Shown here: one piece after another, positions 20,068-29,107 of the stretch
Position numbering within the stretch: position 1 is the first letter of the stretch
Layout: every line of letters starts with the position of its first letter
Assembly (NCBI GenBank): GCA_964654585.1
Contig: CAZZJR010000003.1
Span: 4,850-68,849, forward strand
Source: an uncultured Bdellovibrionales bacterium
GTDB taxonomy: Bacteria > Bdellovibrionota_C > UBA2361 > OMII01
DNA length: 64,000 bases
Direction of reading: 5' to 3'
Made by a program: the position numbers and the translations under genes
The notes under the pieces: generated by a model
The model's input: only the letters and a program-made list of their open reading frames with translations
Database searches by the model: none
Told to the model about the DNA's origin: nothing

Positions 20068-21039
20068 ATGGAAACAAATGAGCCAACCAATCCCATCGGC
20101 GAGGTCTTCGACAGTATTCGGCGCGAGCTTCATCGAGAGATTGTCGGTCAGGAAAAGCTCATCGACCGGCTCCTCGTAGCGCTCCTCGCGGACGGGCATA
20201 TTCTGCTAGAGGGTGTTCCGGGACTGGCAAAGACGAAGACTCTTACGGCTCTCACACAGGTGCTCGACGCGCACATGAGCCGAATTCAATTTACTCCGGA
20301 CATCCTGCCGTCCGATGTGGTCGGCACGGAGGTCTACCGGCCGCAGAGCGGCGACTTTGTGACACGCAAAGGACCTGTTTTCACGAACCTGCTTCTGGCG
20401 GATGAGATCAACCGAGCTCCGGCAAAGGTCCAGTCAGCGCTGCTCCAGGCGATGCAGGAGCGCGAAGTGACCATCGGAGAGCAAACCTTCAAGCTGCCCG
20501 ATCCGTTCCTGGTTCTAGCCACGCAGAATCCGCTTGAGCAAGAGGGCACGTACGCTCTCCCTGAGGCGCAGGTGGACCGCTTCCTCATGAAGGTCAAGGT
20601 GGGATACCCCTCATTTGACGAAGAGGTGGCGATCGTTGACATCGCTGCCTCAACCACCGCGCGAAAAGCAGTGCTCAACAAAGTCCTCCCGCTCTCCCAG
20701 CTCCTTGAGCTACGAGAGGCTTGTCGCGCTGTCTACGTGGATCCAAAAATTGACCGCTACATCGTCTCCCTCGTGCATGCAACCCGCAGTGGCGACTCGT
20801 ACGGGCTCAAGGGACTAATCGAGTGGGGCGCATCTCCGCGAGCCAGCATCGCACTCAAGGTCTGTGCTCGCGCCCTAGCGTTCATCAAGGGGAAGAATTT
20901 CGTCACCCCCGACGACGTCAAAGAGATCGCGCCCGACGTTCTACGACACCGGGTGCTCCTCACTTTTGAGGCAGAGGCCCGTGGCGTCGATAGCGATGAA
21001 GTTATTCGCTCACTCCTCTCAGGTGTAACCGTACCGTAA
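20068..21039 (+). CDS. MoxR-family AAA+ ATPase
   Basis: 323 aa. Walker A GVPGLAKT, Walker B LLADEINRA, and the typical MoxR C-terminal region. First gene of a Bat-like operon. Confidence 0.9.
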   Translation: METNEPTNPIGEVFDSIRRELHREIVGQEKLIDRLLVALLADGHILLEGVPGLAKTKTLTALTQVLDAHMSRIQFTPDILPSDVVGTEVYRPQSGDFVTRKGPVFTNLLLADEINRAPAKVQSALLQAMQEREVTIGEQTFKLPDPFLVLATQNPLEQEGTYALPEAQVDRFLMKVKVGYPSFDEEVAIVDIAASTTARKAVLNKVLPLSQLLELREACRAVYVDPKIDRYIVSLVHATRSGDSYGLKGLIEWGASPRASIALKVCARALAFIKGKNFVTPDDVKEIAPDVLRHRVLLTFEAEARGVDSDEVIRSLLSGVTVP

Positions 21040-21058
21040 AAAACCTCAAGGCCTGCGC

Positions 21059-21946
21059 ATGGCTGCCCTGCCGGCACTCCCTCCCGTCCCCTCGACCACC
21101 GAGCTCAAGCGCATCACTTTGCGCTCGCGGAGGCTAGTAACTGGAGACCTCTTGGGTCAGTACCGTTCAGCTTTTCGCGGCACGGGTCTCGTGTACACCG
21201 ATATTCGTGCGTATCAGCCAGGCGACGACGTAAAGCACATACACTGGAAGGCCACTGCTCGAACGGGCACGGTGTTCGTCAAGTCGTACGAAGAGGACCG
21301 ACAGTTGCGGGTCCTGCTCGCAGTAGATACCAGCACTTCGATGCGCGCGCCGCAAGCAAACGAAGCGTTCGCGAAAGCGCTTGAGTTTTCCTCGCTCGTC
21401 GGTGCCCTAACACAGCGCGGCAACGACCAGCTCGGACTCCTCCGCTTCGGAGCCTCAGTCGAAGGATTCCTGCCACCGAAGTCGGGGCGCAGACGGAGCT
21501 CTCAGGTTCTGTCTCAGCTCCTCGCGCCCACTCCGCAGAGCGTTCGGACGGACATCGCTGGGGCGTTACACCATTTGGCCGGAGTGCTCCGCAAGCCAAG
21601 TATTGTTTTTCTCCTCTCTGATTTCTTTGCTCAGCCCTTTCGGCCAGAGCTGAAAACGCTGTGCACAAGGCACGACGTTGTGCTCGTGCACATCCAGACC
21701 CCCCTGGAAACGCTCGACCGTCTCGGCCTCGTGCTCTTTAACGATGCTGAAACAGGACAGCGGGTCATGGTAGACACGTCAAGCTCTATGGTACGGCGCC
21801 GGTGGCGACAGCTTGCTGACGCAAACCGAGCCGAAGTGGGAGATCTGGCGAGGAGCTGCGGGGCAGAGCACATTCTCGTTACTGACAGCGCCTCGCGACC
21901 CCTGGTTCGACTCATGCGCGAGAGAGCAGCTCGGGGGATTCGGTAG
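21059..21946 (+). CDS. DUF58 protein (MoxR partner, VWA-like)
   Basis: 295 aa with the motif YQPGDDVKHIHWKATAR and VLLAVDTSTSM, typical of DUF58 proteins that follow MoxR. Confidence 0.8.
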   Translation: MAALPALPPVPSTTELKRITLRSRRLVTGDLLGQYRSAFRGTGLVYTDIRAYQPGDDVKHIHWKATARTGTVFVKSYEEDRQLRVLLAVDTSTSMRAPQANEAFAKALEFSSLVGALTQRGNDQLGLLRFGASVEGFLPPKSGRRRSSQVLSQLLAPTPQSVRTDIAGALHHLAGVLRKPSIVFLLSDFFAQPFRPELKTLCTRHDVVLVHIQTPLETLDRLGLVLFNDAETGQRVMVDTSSSMVRRRWRQLADANRAEVGDLARSCGAEHILVTDSASRPLVRLMRERAARGIR

Positions 21947-21992
21947 ATGAAGGCCCCCCGTAGCTCCTCCTCCGCAACCAGGTTCGGGTACA

Positions 21993-22493
21993 ATGACAGG
22001 GTTAACCATGAGTGAACCAATTGCTACCCCGTACGACATCGTCGACATTCCCTACTTCGCTTGGGAGCCTAGCATCGCCGACTGGCTGCTCGCGCTCGTT
22101 CTCTTCGGAGTCGCCGCCCTCGTCATCGGAGTGGCCGCTCTACTCAAGCGGCGCAACCCTTCGGCGCGCGTGCTTGAGCGCTTGCTTAATCAGCTGGCGG
22201 ACTCACACGTGATCGCCCCCGGAATTGAATGCGAGAGATTCTCCCGTCTGTGCAAACGAATCATCTCGTTTGTCGCATGTGTGGACCTCTCGGGTTGCAC
22301 CGGCCAGGAGCTGCGCGACCTCGCCAACGCCTCAGCGGATGCCCAGGAGGCGGAGGCACTACGGGCGGTAGCCCTGATCGAAGACCGCGCCTACGCCCCA
22401 GCCGAAGCTGCTTCCAGCAAGCCGCTCTCAGAACTTTGCGAGGCGGCGAAGAGGTCATTGTCGGCCTTCGCGTCCGAAAGGAGGCGCCGATGA
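21993..22493 (+). CDS. Hypothetical small membrane protein of the Bat operon
   Basis: 166 aa with one TM helix (WLLALVLFGVAALVIGVAALL). Stop overlaps the batA start (ATGA). Confidence 0.5.
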   Translation: MTGLTMSEPIATPYDIVDIPYFAWEPSIADWLLALVLFGVAALVIGVAALLKRRNPSARVLERLLNQLADSHVIAPGIECERFSRLCKRIISFVACVDLSGCTGQELRDLANASADAQEAEALRAVALIEDRAYAPAEAASSKPLSELCEAAKRSLSAFASERRRR

Positions 22494-23479
22494 CCTTGCT
22501 GTACCCGTGGCTCCTGCTCCTCCCGGTTATCTTCCTGTTGCTGCGGTTCACGGTCCGTCCTCCCCAGGCTGCCGCCCCCTTTCCGAGCAGCACATTCTTG
22601 GGCTCCCTCCCGAGGAGCCTCAAAGCCCGTCTGTGCGAGCCAACTCTCTTTGTCCTCGCGACAGTTGCGGTCTGCTCCCTCTCGGTCGCAGCGGCTCGAC
22701 CACAACGGGTTACGACTATCGAGGCTCCGCAGCGAGCCCGAAATATTATGCTTGTGATCGATGCGTCAAATAGCATGTCGGCTGAGGACTTTCCGACCTC
22801 GTTCGGATACGCCTCTCGTATGGAAGGGGTAAAGCGTGCGGTGGCTGAGTACGTTAAGTCTCGAAAGTCAGACCGGATCGGCATCGTGGTGTTCGGCGAG
22901 ACTGGCTATCTGCAGTGTCCCCTGACACGGGACACCGCACTGGTCGAAAACCTTGTGCAGTCACTCTACCCCCGAATGGCTGGCGACGGCACAGCAATCG
23001 GAGATGGATTAGGCCTCGCCCTCAAGCGGCTGCGTGATGTCGAGGGGGCCTCAAAGGCGGTCATTCTCATGACGGACGGCGTCAACACTGCTGGTCGCGT
23101 GAGCCCGCTCAAAGCCGCCGCTGTTGCCAAGGAACTCGGCATACAAGTGAATACGATCGGTATCGGAACTCGCTCGGCCCCGATCGGCGGAGTGGGTATG
23201 GGTGGGCTACTGCCGGTACCTCCAAACATGATGGCGGACTTCGACGAAAAGACGCTGAAAGAGATCGCTCAGATGACCGGTGGTGCATACTTCAACGCTT
23301 CGAGCTTGGAGGGGTTTCAAGAGGTATACCGCAAAATCGAGAAACTCCAGGAAACTGAATCGCAGCAACCAGAGCAGCGGATTGTGCATGAGCTTTTTCC
23401 CCTCTTCGCGGTGGTCGGACTGCTCGCTTTCGTCCTCGGCACTCTGCTCAAAGCGACGATTTTTATGAGGGTACCGTGA
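22490..23479 (+). CDS. BatA-like von Willebrand factor A domain membrane protein
   Basis: ORF 22229..23479 overlaps the previous gene. The in-frame ATG at 22490 (MTLLYPWLLLLPVIFLL) gives 329 aa with N- and C-terminal TM helices and a VWA MIDAS-like motif (LVIDASNSM). Confidence 0.8.
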   Translation: MTLLYPWLLLLPVIFLLLRFTVRPPQAAAPFPSSTFLGSLPRSLKARLCEPTLFVLATVAVCSLSVAAARPQRVTTIEAPQRARNIMLVIDASNSMSAEDFPTSFGYASRMEGVKRAVAEYVKSRKSDRIGIVVFGETGYLQCPLTRDTALVENLVQSLYPRMAGDGTAIGDGLGLALKRLRDVEGASKAVILMTDGVNTAGRVSPLKAAAVAKELGIQVNTIGIGTRSAPIGGVGMGGLLPVPPNMMADFDEKTLKEIAQMTGGAYFNASSLEGFQEVYRKIEKLQETESQQPEQRIVHELFPLFAVVGLLAFVLGTLLKATIFMRVP

Positions 23480-23506
23480 GAAACCAACTGTTTCCCATCA
23501 GTCGAA

Positions 23507-25534
23507 ATGGACTTCTCGTTCAGGAGGCGCAGTAGGGTGAATTTCGCGGGTGATTTCGGAACAGTCTGGCCTCAAGCTCTGCTGGGGCTGCCCGTTGCGG
23601 TGGCATTCGCGTTTTTCCTTTTCTGGCGGCTCTCGGTGCGGCGTGCGCGACGGGCGGCACTCGGCGTGGACGGAAGCAGCAGGATGGCTCTCGGTCTCTT
23701 CTCTGCCCTCGCGCCCACGGCCCTTCTCATCCTTGCCGTCAGCCGGCCCTACGTGGGCCGGGAAACGATCGAGCTGCCGTCGGCCAATTCTGACTACATG
23801 TTTATCGTCGACGTAAGTCGCAGCATGCTCGCCAAGGATATAACTCCTTCAAGAATGGAGTTAGCGAAGCGCAAAATGAAGGACATTGTCCGTGCGTTTG
23901 CGCGAGAGGGTGTGGCCACGCGCTTCGGCATAACTGTTTTCGCCGGCGGTGTGTACACCATCTGTCCGCTGACCGATGATTCCGCCGCGGTGCTCCAATT
24001 TATCGACCAAATTAGCCCCGACCTTGTTACGAGTGTTGGGTCGAACCTCGAACAAGCAATCGCTACCGTGCTTGAACGCATCAAAGCATCTGCCGCCCGA
24101 TACCCGCGCATGCTGCTCATCTCTGACGGCGAAGATAACCTGCTCAACGTGCAGCAGGTCGTGGGCCTATTGCGGAGCGCAAAGATCCGGCTCGATGTCC
24201 TAGGGGTTGGCACCCCCATCGGTTCGCCAATAGAGCTGCCCGATGGGCGCTACGTGCGAGACAAGGCGGGGTCGATCGTACATTCGCGGCTTAATGAACA
24301 GTCCCTTCAGCTCATCGCCGCGGCTGGGGACGGCACCTATGTTCGCGCGACAATTTCTGACAAGGATGTAGATGAGCTCGTTGCCGCCGCAACACCCTTG
24401 CTTAAAAGCTCAACCGGAGAGAGTAAACGCTCGGTCACCAACTACCGAGAAGTCGGCTCGTGGTTCGCCTTGGCTGCCGTGCTGCTCATTCTCATGCTGG
24501 TACTTGCGCACCGAAATGGCGTCGCCCTAACAGCTCTGCTGTTGGCTCTTTTCAGCGCAACACCCCTGTTCGCCGAACCGGCTTCGACGCCCATTCCTCC
24601 AGAGATTTCCGGGCGGGCTGGGTTCGACCTGTACCAGACGGGGAAGTACGAGCAAGCTGCCTCAGTCTTCGCACAAGCCCTTGAGGAAGATCCGTCGAAT
24701 CGGGCCCTCGCACAGGGGCTGGCAAGCGCACTCTTCAAGACCGGACAGTTTTCGCGCGCCCAGGAGATCTTCCGAAAGTTAGCCGACTCTGCCGAAGATG
24801 GAAGGGGCTACTTCGAAAACACCTACAACGAGGGCAACGCGTTCCTCGCTATGGGGCGCTTCCAAGATGCCATCGATGCCTACAGCAAAGCCTTGGACGT
24901 AAAGCCTGAGGACGCGATGGCGCTTCACAACCGGACTCTTGCCCGTCGACTGCTTGAGGAATCGAAGCGCGCAACACCAACGAACACTCCGACATCAACG
25001 CCGCCACAATCTCCCTCCGCTGCTCCATCCCCATCAGCTGCCCCCTCGCCATCACCCGACTCGTCGCCCTCGGCCGCACCATCGCCGTCAGCGGCACCAT
25101 CACCTTCCGCAGAGCCCTCTCCGTCGGGTCAGCCTTCGGCCAATCCCTCGGCACAACCTTCGTCACAACCATCGCCGAGCGCGTCGGGTCAGCCATCCCC
25201 CTCACCCGGCGCCTCCGCAGCACCGAGCGCTGGTTCGGCCCCAAGTGGCTCCTTGACCCCCTCTGCTCCCGGCTCTCCGACTGCGGCAGCCACTCCCTCT
25301 ACTTCTGGGCAGGCGCCCGACTCGAACACGCCCGAACCAAGCGAGAGACGCAAAGAAGCCGTCGAGCAAGAAACCAGGACGCCCTTTGCAGGAGCGGCAG
25401 CGGCCCGGCCAACCGCCCCGTCACTCGACCCATCCCTGCGGGAAGCAGAAAACTGGCTCAAGTCTCTTCCGGATGCGCCGCTGCTGCTCCGACGAGACAA
25501 GTCGCGGCGGGATAGCTCTGAACAGACATGGTGA
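23507..25534 (+). CDS. BatB-BatC-like fusion (VWA domain plus TPR repeats) with a Pro/Ser/Ala-rich low-complexity linker
   Basis: 675 aa. VWA motif FIVDVSRSM after 2 TM helices, then a TM helix and TPR-like repeats (YNEGNAFLAMGRFQDAIDAYSKAL), then about 110 aa of (S/A)PS repeats. Confidence 0.8.
   Translation: MDFSFRRRSRVNFAGDFGTVWPQALLGLPVAVAFAFFLFWRLSVRRARRAALGVDGSSRMALGLFSALAPTALLILAVSRPYVGRETIELPSANSDYMFIVDVSRSMLAKDITPSRMELAKRKMKDIVRAFAREGVATRFGITVFAGGVYTICPLTDDSAAVLQFIDQISPDLVTSVGSNLEQAIATVLERIKASAARYPRMLLISDGEDNLLNVQQVVGLLRSAKIRLDVLGVGTPIGSPIELPDGRYVRDKAGSIVHSRLNEQSLQLIAAAGDGTYVRATISDKDVDELVAAATPLLKSSTGESKRSVTNYREVGSWFALAAVLLILMLVLAHRNGVALTALLLALFSATPLFAEPASTPIPPEISGRAGFDLYQTGKYEQAASVFAQALEEDPSNRALAQGLASALFKTGQFSRAQEIFRKLADSAEDGRGYFENTYNEGNAFLAMGRFQDAIDAYSKALDVKPEDAMALHNRTLARRLLEESKRATPTNTPTSTPPQSPSAAPSPSAAPSPSPDSSPSAAPSPSAAPSPSAEPSPSGQPSANPSAQPSSQPSPSASGQPSPSPGASAAPSAGSAPSGSLTPSAPGSPTAAATPSTSGQAPDSNTPEPSERRKEAVEQETRTPFAGAAAARPTAPSLDPSLREAENWLKSLPDAPLLLRRDKSRRDSSEQTW
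25010..25250 (+). repeat. Imperfect tandem approximately 18-nt coding repeat (AAPSPS units) inside the batB/C fusion gene
   Basis: Repeated gct gcN cca tcN cca tca-like units are visible in the DNA and as SAAPSPSAAPSPSPDSSPSAAPSPSAAPSPSAEPSPS in the translation. Boundaries are approximate. Confidence 0.7.
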
Positions 25535-27333
25535 CACAAACGATGAAATCAAGCTCTTTCCGCTCAGTGCTCGCAACTCTCCTCCTACTCGTCGTAACCG
25601 CGCTGGCCGGAGCATCTGCCGCTTTTGCGCAAGTCACTGTGCGAGCAGAGATCTCGCCCCAGTCCGGTGACACCGAAGACATCTTCACGTACGCCGTGGT
25701 TATCGAGGGTGCGCGGAGCGCCGCCGCCCCTGCTCTCTCCGGTGGCGCAGACTTTCAAGTGCGCTATGTCGGGCCAAACTCGTTCGTCTCCATCGTGAAT
25801 GGATCAATTACTGCTCGCACGTCACACATATTTCAGATGACTCCTCGACGCGAGGGCGATCTGCTCACTCCGACGGCGCGGGTGACGATCGATGGACACG
25901 ACTACGAAGTCGCCCCGGTATCGGTGAAGGTGGAGAAAGGGAAACCCGCCGCAAACCTGTCTGGAAAACCCGGGGAGGCGGATGTCATTTTCCGTCAGTC
26001 AGCAACCCCCTCTAGCGCTTACGAGGGCCAGCAGATCATCAACATCGTAGACCTCTACACTGCAGTCTCACTGGCGGAGCTTGAGCCGATGGATCCAACT
26101 ACTGATGGGTTCTGGCAGGAGCCGATCGCCGACGCAGACCGCGCGCAGCGGAATGTCAATGGGCGCCCCTACGAGACTTTGCAGTTCGTGCGGGCGCTGT
26201 ACCCGCTCGCTAGCGGCACGATGGTGATACCGCCTCGGCGACTTCGAGCCAAGGCGTTGCGCCCCCCTACCGGTCGTGGCGGATCGCCATTCGATCCCTT
26301 CGATCCGTTCTCAAGCGACCTCGTTGACCAGCTATTCCAGCGACCTCAGTACGAGCAGATCTCGCTGCGCACGAACCCAATCTCGTTAACGGTGAAGCCT
26401 CTACCACCTCCTCCCCCCGAGATGCAGCCGCTCCTTGGGTCCTCGACATTGGTGGGGAACACCTCCGTTAGTGTCGACTCAGATGTTTCGCTCGGCCGCG
26501 TTGGGGAGAGCAAAACAATCACCTACCACGTCATCTCCGAAGGCAATCTCAATCCCCTCACCGAACTCCCGATGGTCGTACCCGATGGCTTGAAGGTGTA
26601 CCCAGAGCGCCCCGAAACGAAGCGCGAGCGGAGAGGCGGAAAGCTCCTTCTTCATCGGTCATTCCCTTTCTCTGTCGTGCCGCTGAAACCAGGGCTAATA
26701 AAAATCCCGCCCGTCCAGCTTGCGTTCTTCAATCCTGACAAAGGCCAGTACGAGCTCGCCGCATCTAAGGAGGTCTCCTTCGCAGCGCAGGGAGAATCCC
26801 TGATCGACGAGAGAGGAAAGCCGAAGGGAGGCGCTTCCGCCCCGAATTCTCCCCTTCCAACTCTCCCTCCTCTGCCGTTCGGGCCTGACCTGGAATACAA
26901 CGAAGCAACACTACTGGAGAGGATCTCATCAGCTATCAGCCTCAAGACTGCCCTGCTCATTTCGACTGCGCTCGTGGGACTTTGGCTCCTTTTCACGCTT
27001 GTAGCTCGCCTAAAGGGAGCCGCACCACCGGAGGGGCTTGCCGTTGAGGATCTCGAACGAGTCGAAACTCTCGCGCAGCTTGAAGACTTCCTCCGACGCC
27101 TGGCAGCAAGTCGAATTCAGATGCTACGGGATGACGCTTCGCTCGACGAAATTCGTGCTCGAGTCTCCTCACAGACGAAAGATCCGGACCTGTCACTCGC
27201 TATCCGCTCGGTCTTTGACGAGCTGGAGCTGCTTCGCTACGGGCGGCGCGGGGACACCGAGGATCGAGAGGCAACAGCAAGCCTGAAAGCCCGAGTTCGG
27301 CCGTTGCTCAAGGCGTGGCGAGTCGGGAAGTAG
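25528..27333 (+). CDS. BatD-like protein (signal peptide, C-terminal TM)
   Basis: 601 aa. N-terminal signal peptide (LLLLVVTALAGASAAFAQ), a large beta-rich ectodomain, and a TM helix near residue 480 followed by a cytoplasmic tail. Position is after batA and batB/C. Confidence 0.7.
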   Translation: MVTQTMKSSSFRSVLATLLLLVVTALAGASAAFAQVTVRAEISPQSGDTEDIFTYAVVIEGARSAAAPALSGGADFQVRYVGPNSFVSIVNGSITARTSHIFQMTPRREGDLLTPTARVTIDGHDYEVAPVSVKVEKGKPAANLSGKPGEADVIFRQSATPSSAYEGQQIINIVDLYTAVSLAELEPMDPTTDGFWQEPIADADRAQRNVNGRPYETLQFVRALYPLASGTMVIPPRRLRAKALRPPTGRGGSPFDPFDPFSSDLVDQLFQRPQYEQISLRTNPISLTVKPLPPPPPEMQPLLGSSTLVGNTSVSVDSDVSLGRVGESKTITYHVISEGNLNPLTELPMVVPDGLKVYPERPETKRERRGGKLLLHRSFPFSVVPLKPGLIKIPPVQLAFFNPDKGQYELAASKEVSFAAQGESLIDERGKPKGGASAPNSPLPTLPPLPFGPDLEYNEATLLERISSAISLKTALLISTALVGLWLLFTLVARLKGAAPPEGLAVEDLERVETLAQLEDFLRRLAASRIQMLRDDASLDEIRARVSSQTKDPDLSLAIRSVFDELELLRYGRRGDTEDREATASLKARVRPLLKAWRVGK

Positions 27334-27428
27334 GTATTGTCAGCCTCGGTGAGGTCGTTCAACTGGATTACGTCTGGCACGGAAGCGTCTGCCTAGGTGC
27401 CTCCGGCGAGAGCAGCTAGATCCGGGTT

Positions 27429-28505
27429 TTGACCCCTGCCAAAAGCCGCTGTAGCATACGGCGCATGCCTATCGACGCCCCCTCAGTAAAGGAAACCTAC
27501 CGACAGATGCAGGCCAAGCTGTCAAAGCTTGTGCCTGACGTTGAGCTGCGTATCAAAGCCGAGCTCGTATACGAGATTCAGCGCCGCAAGAAGGAGCGAG
27601 GCGCTATCATTCTCGGTCATAACTACATGGAAGCGGCTCTCTATCACACGGTCGCAGACGTCGTAGGAGATTCACTCGAACTCTCGCGCCGCGCAGCGGC
27701 TACCGACTGCGACCCGATTGTCTTCTGCGGTGTCAGGTTTATGGCCGAGACAGCCAAGATTCTCAATCCAACAAAAACCGTGCTGCTGCCGGCAAAAGTT
27801 GCGGGCTGTTCGTTGGCTTCAAGTCTGACCGCCCAGGACGTGCGCAACTTAAAAGAGCGATACCCGGGCGTTCCAGTAGTTAGCTACATCAATACGTACG
27901 CAGACGTAAAAGCTGAATCCGACATCATCTGCACTTCGGGGAATGCGGTGAGAGTTGTGGAGTCCCTCAAGAGCGACACAGTGATTTTTCTCCCTGACCG
28001 GTACCTAGCCGCAAATGTTGCGAAAGAGACCGGCAAGAAGATCATCTTCCCACACCTCGGCGAACAGCCCAGACTCGGTGAGCAGGCGATGATTGGATGG
28101 AACGGGGTATGCGAGGTGCACGAGCAGTTTACCGTTGATGATATTAACAACGTGCGCAAGCAGTTCCCCGACGTGGTCGTGCTGACTCACCCGGAGTGCA
28201 GCCCCGAGGTGGTTGCTGCTTCGGACTTCTCCGCAAGCACCTCCCGTATGGTTTCGTTCGTAAAGGAATCGAAGGCGCCGCACTTTTTAATCCTGACCGA
28301 GTGCAGCATGGCAGACAACATCATCGCTGAGAACCCAGATAAAAACGTGCTTCGACTCTGCAGCGTTCGCTGCCCTCACATGAACGAGATAACACTTGAG
28401 GATACCCTCAATGCCCTCGTTAATAACGAACAGGTGATCGAGGTTCCCGAAGAGGTCCGCGTCAAAGCGCGCCGCTCTCTCGATGCGATGCTTTCGGTGC
28501 CTTAG
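27429..28505 (+). CDS. nadA: Quinolinate synthase
   Basis: 358 aa with ILGHNYM, cysteine ligands (CEVHEQF, CPHM) and overall NadA layout. The start may be at 27465 (MPIDAPS). Confidence 0.9.
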   Translation: MTPAKSRCSIRRMPIDAPSVKETYRQMQAKLSKLVPDVELRIKAELVYEIQRRKKERGAIILGHNYMEAALYHTVADVVGDSLELSRRAAATDCDPIVFCGVRFMAETAKILNPTKTVLLPAKVAGCSLASSLTAQDVRNLKERYPGVPVVSYINTYADVKAESDIICTSGNAVRVVESLKSDTVIFLPDRYLAANVAKETGKKIIFPHLGEQPRLGEQAMIGWNGVCEVHEQFTVDDINNVRKQFPDVVVLTHPECSPEVVAASDFSASTSRMVSFVKESKAPHFLILTECSMADNIIAENPDKNVLRLCSVRCPHMNEITLEDTLNALVNNEQVIEVPEEVRVKARRSLDAMLSVP

Positions 28506-28526
28506 TGGCTCGACGAAGAGCGCAGC

Positions 28527-28808
28527 TCAACGCGCATGGCGCGCAAGCTCTTTCATCAGCTCAACCGCATCTCGAAAGGCGTGGGCTTTCTTGTACCCGC
28601 GCTCCGGAATGAAGCCGGCCAACGCCAGTATTCGGAGGTCTGCAAGCATCTTGGCCTGATGCGAGTCACCGTCTAGCTCGTGTTTGACACGACGCAGGGC
28701 CGAGTCCACACCGAAGAAGCGGGCCTCTAACGGCAGCTCAGCCGCTGTTTGGCACCCCTGCTCCAGCTCTTCGCGGATGTTTGGGATTGTCTCTGTCCAA
28801 GGATTCAT
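28527..28808 (-). CDS. Hypothetical 93-aa protein
   Basis: ORF only, with no known motif. Convergent with nadA. Confidence 0.3.
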   Translation of the reverse strand: MNPWTETIPNIREELEQGCQTAAELPLEARFFGVDSALRRVKHELDGDSHQAKMLADLRILALAGFIPERGYKKAHAFRDAVELMKELARHAR

Positions 28809-28851
28809 ACTACTTCCCTGTCTTATGCACTGAGCGACTCCAAAAGAGCCG

Positions 28852-28874
28852 CTGAGGGGACCCGTTCCCCTCAG
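28852..28874. promoter_or_regulatory. Perfect 9-bp stem / 5-nt loop hairpin (CTGAGGGGA-CCCGT-TCCCCTCAG) in a divergent intergenic region
   Basis: Read directly from the sequence. On the minus strand it is followed by CGGCTCTTTTGG (weak T-tract). It lies between the start of the 93-aa minus ORF and the start of the orphan ATPase gene. Confidence 0.3.
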
Positions 28875-29107
28875 GGGTAAGGTACGACCGAATCCGCCCT
28901 TGGCTTAAGAATTCGCCGCGAAAAAGCGCTTCGCGCCGCAATGTGCGTGTAACCTACTGCGAACACGGCTAATTCTCCGCCTCTGCGGCTCTGGACGATG
29001 CACCGGAGTGCCGGCTCACAAAGAGCAACTCTTCAGTAACTGCCCGAGAGGAGGTACTATAGCAGGGTCGTTCAATCGTGCATTCTCCAACTCTCAGGCC
29101 CTAGTCC

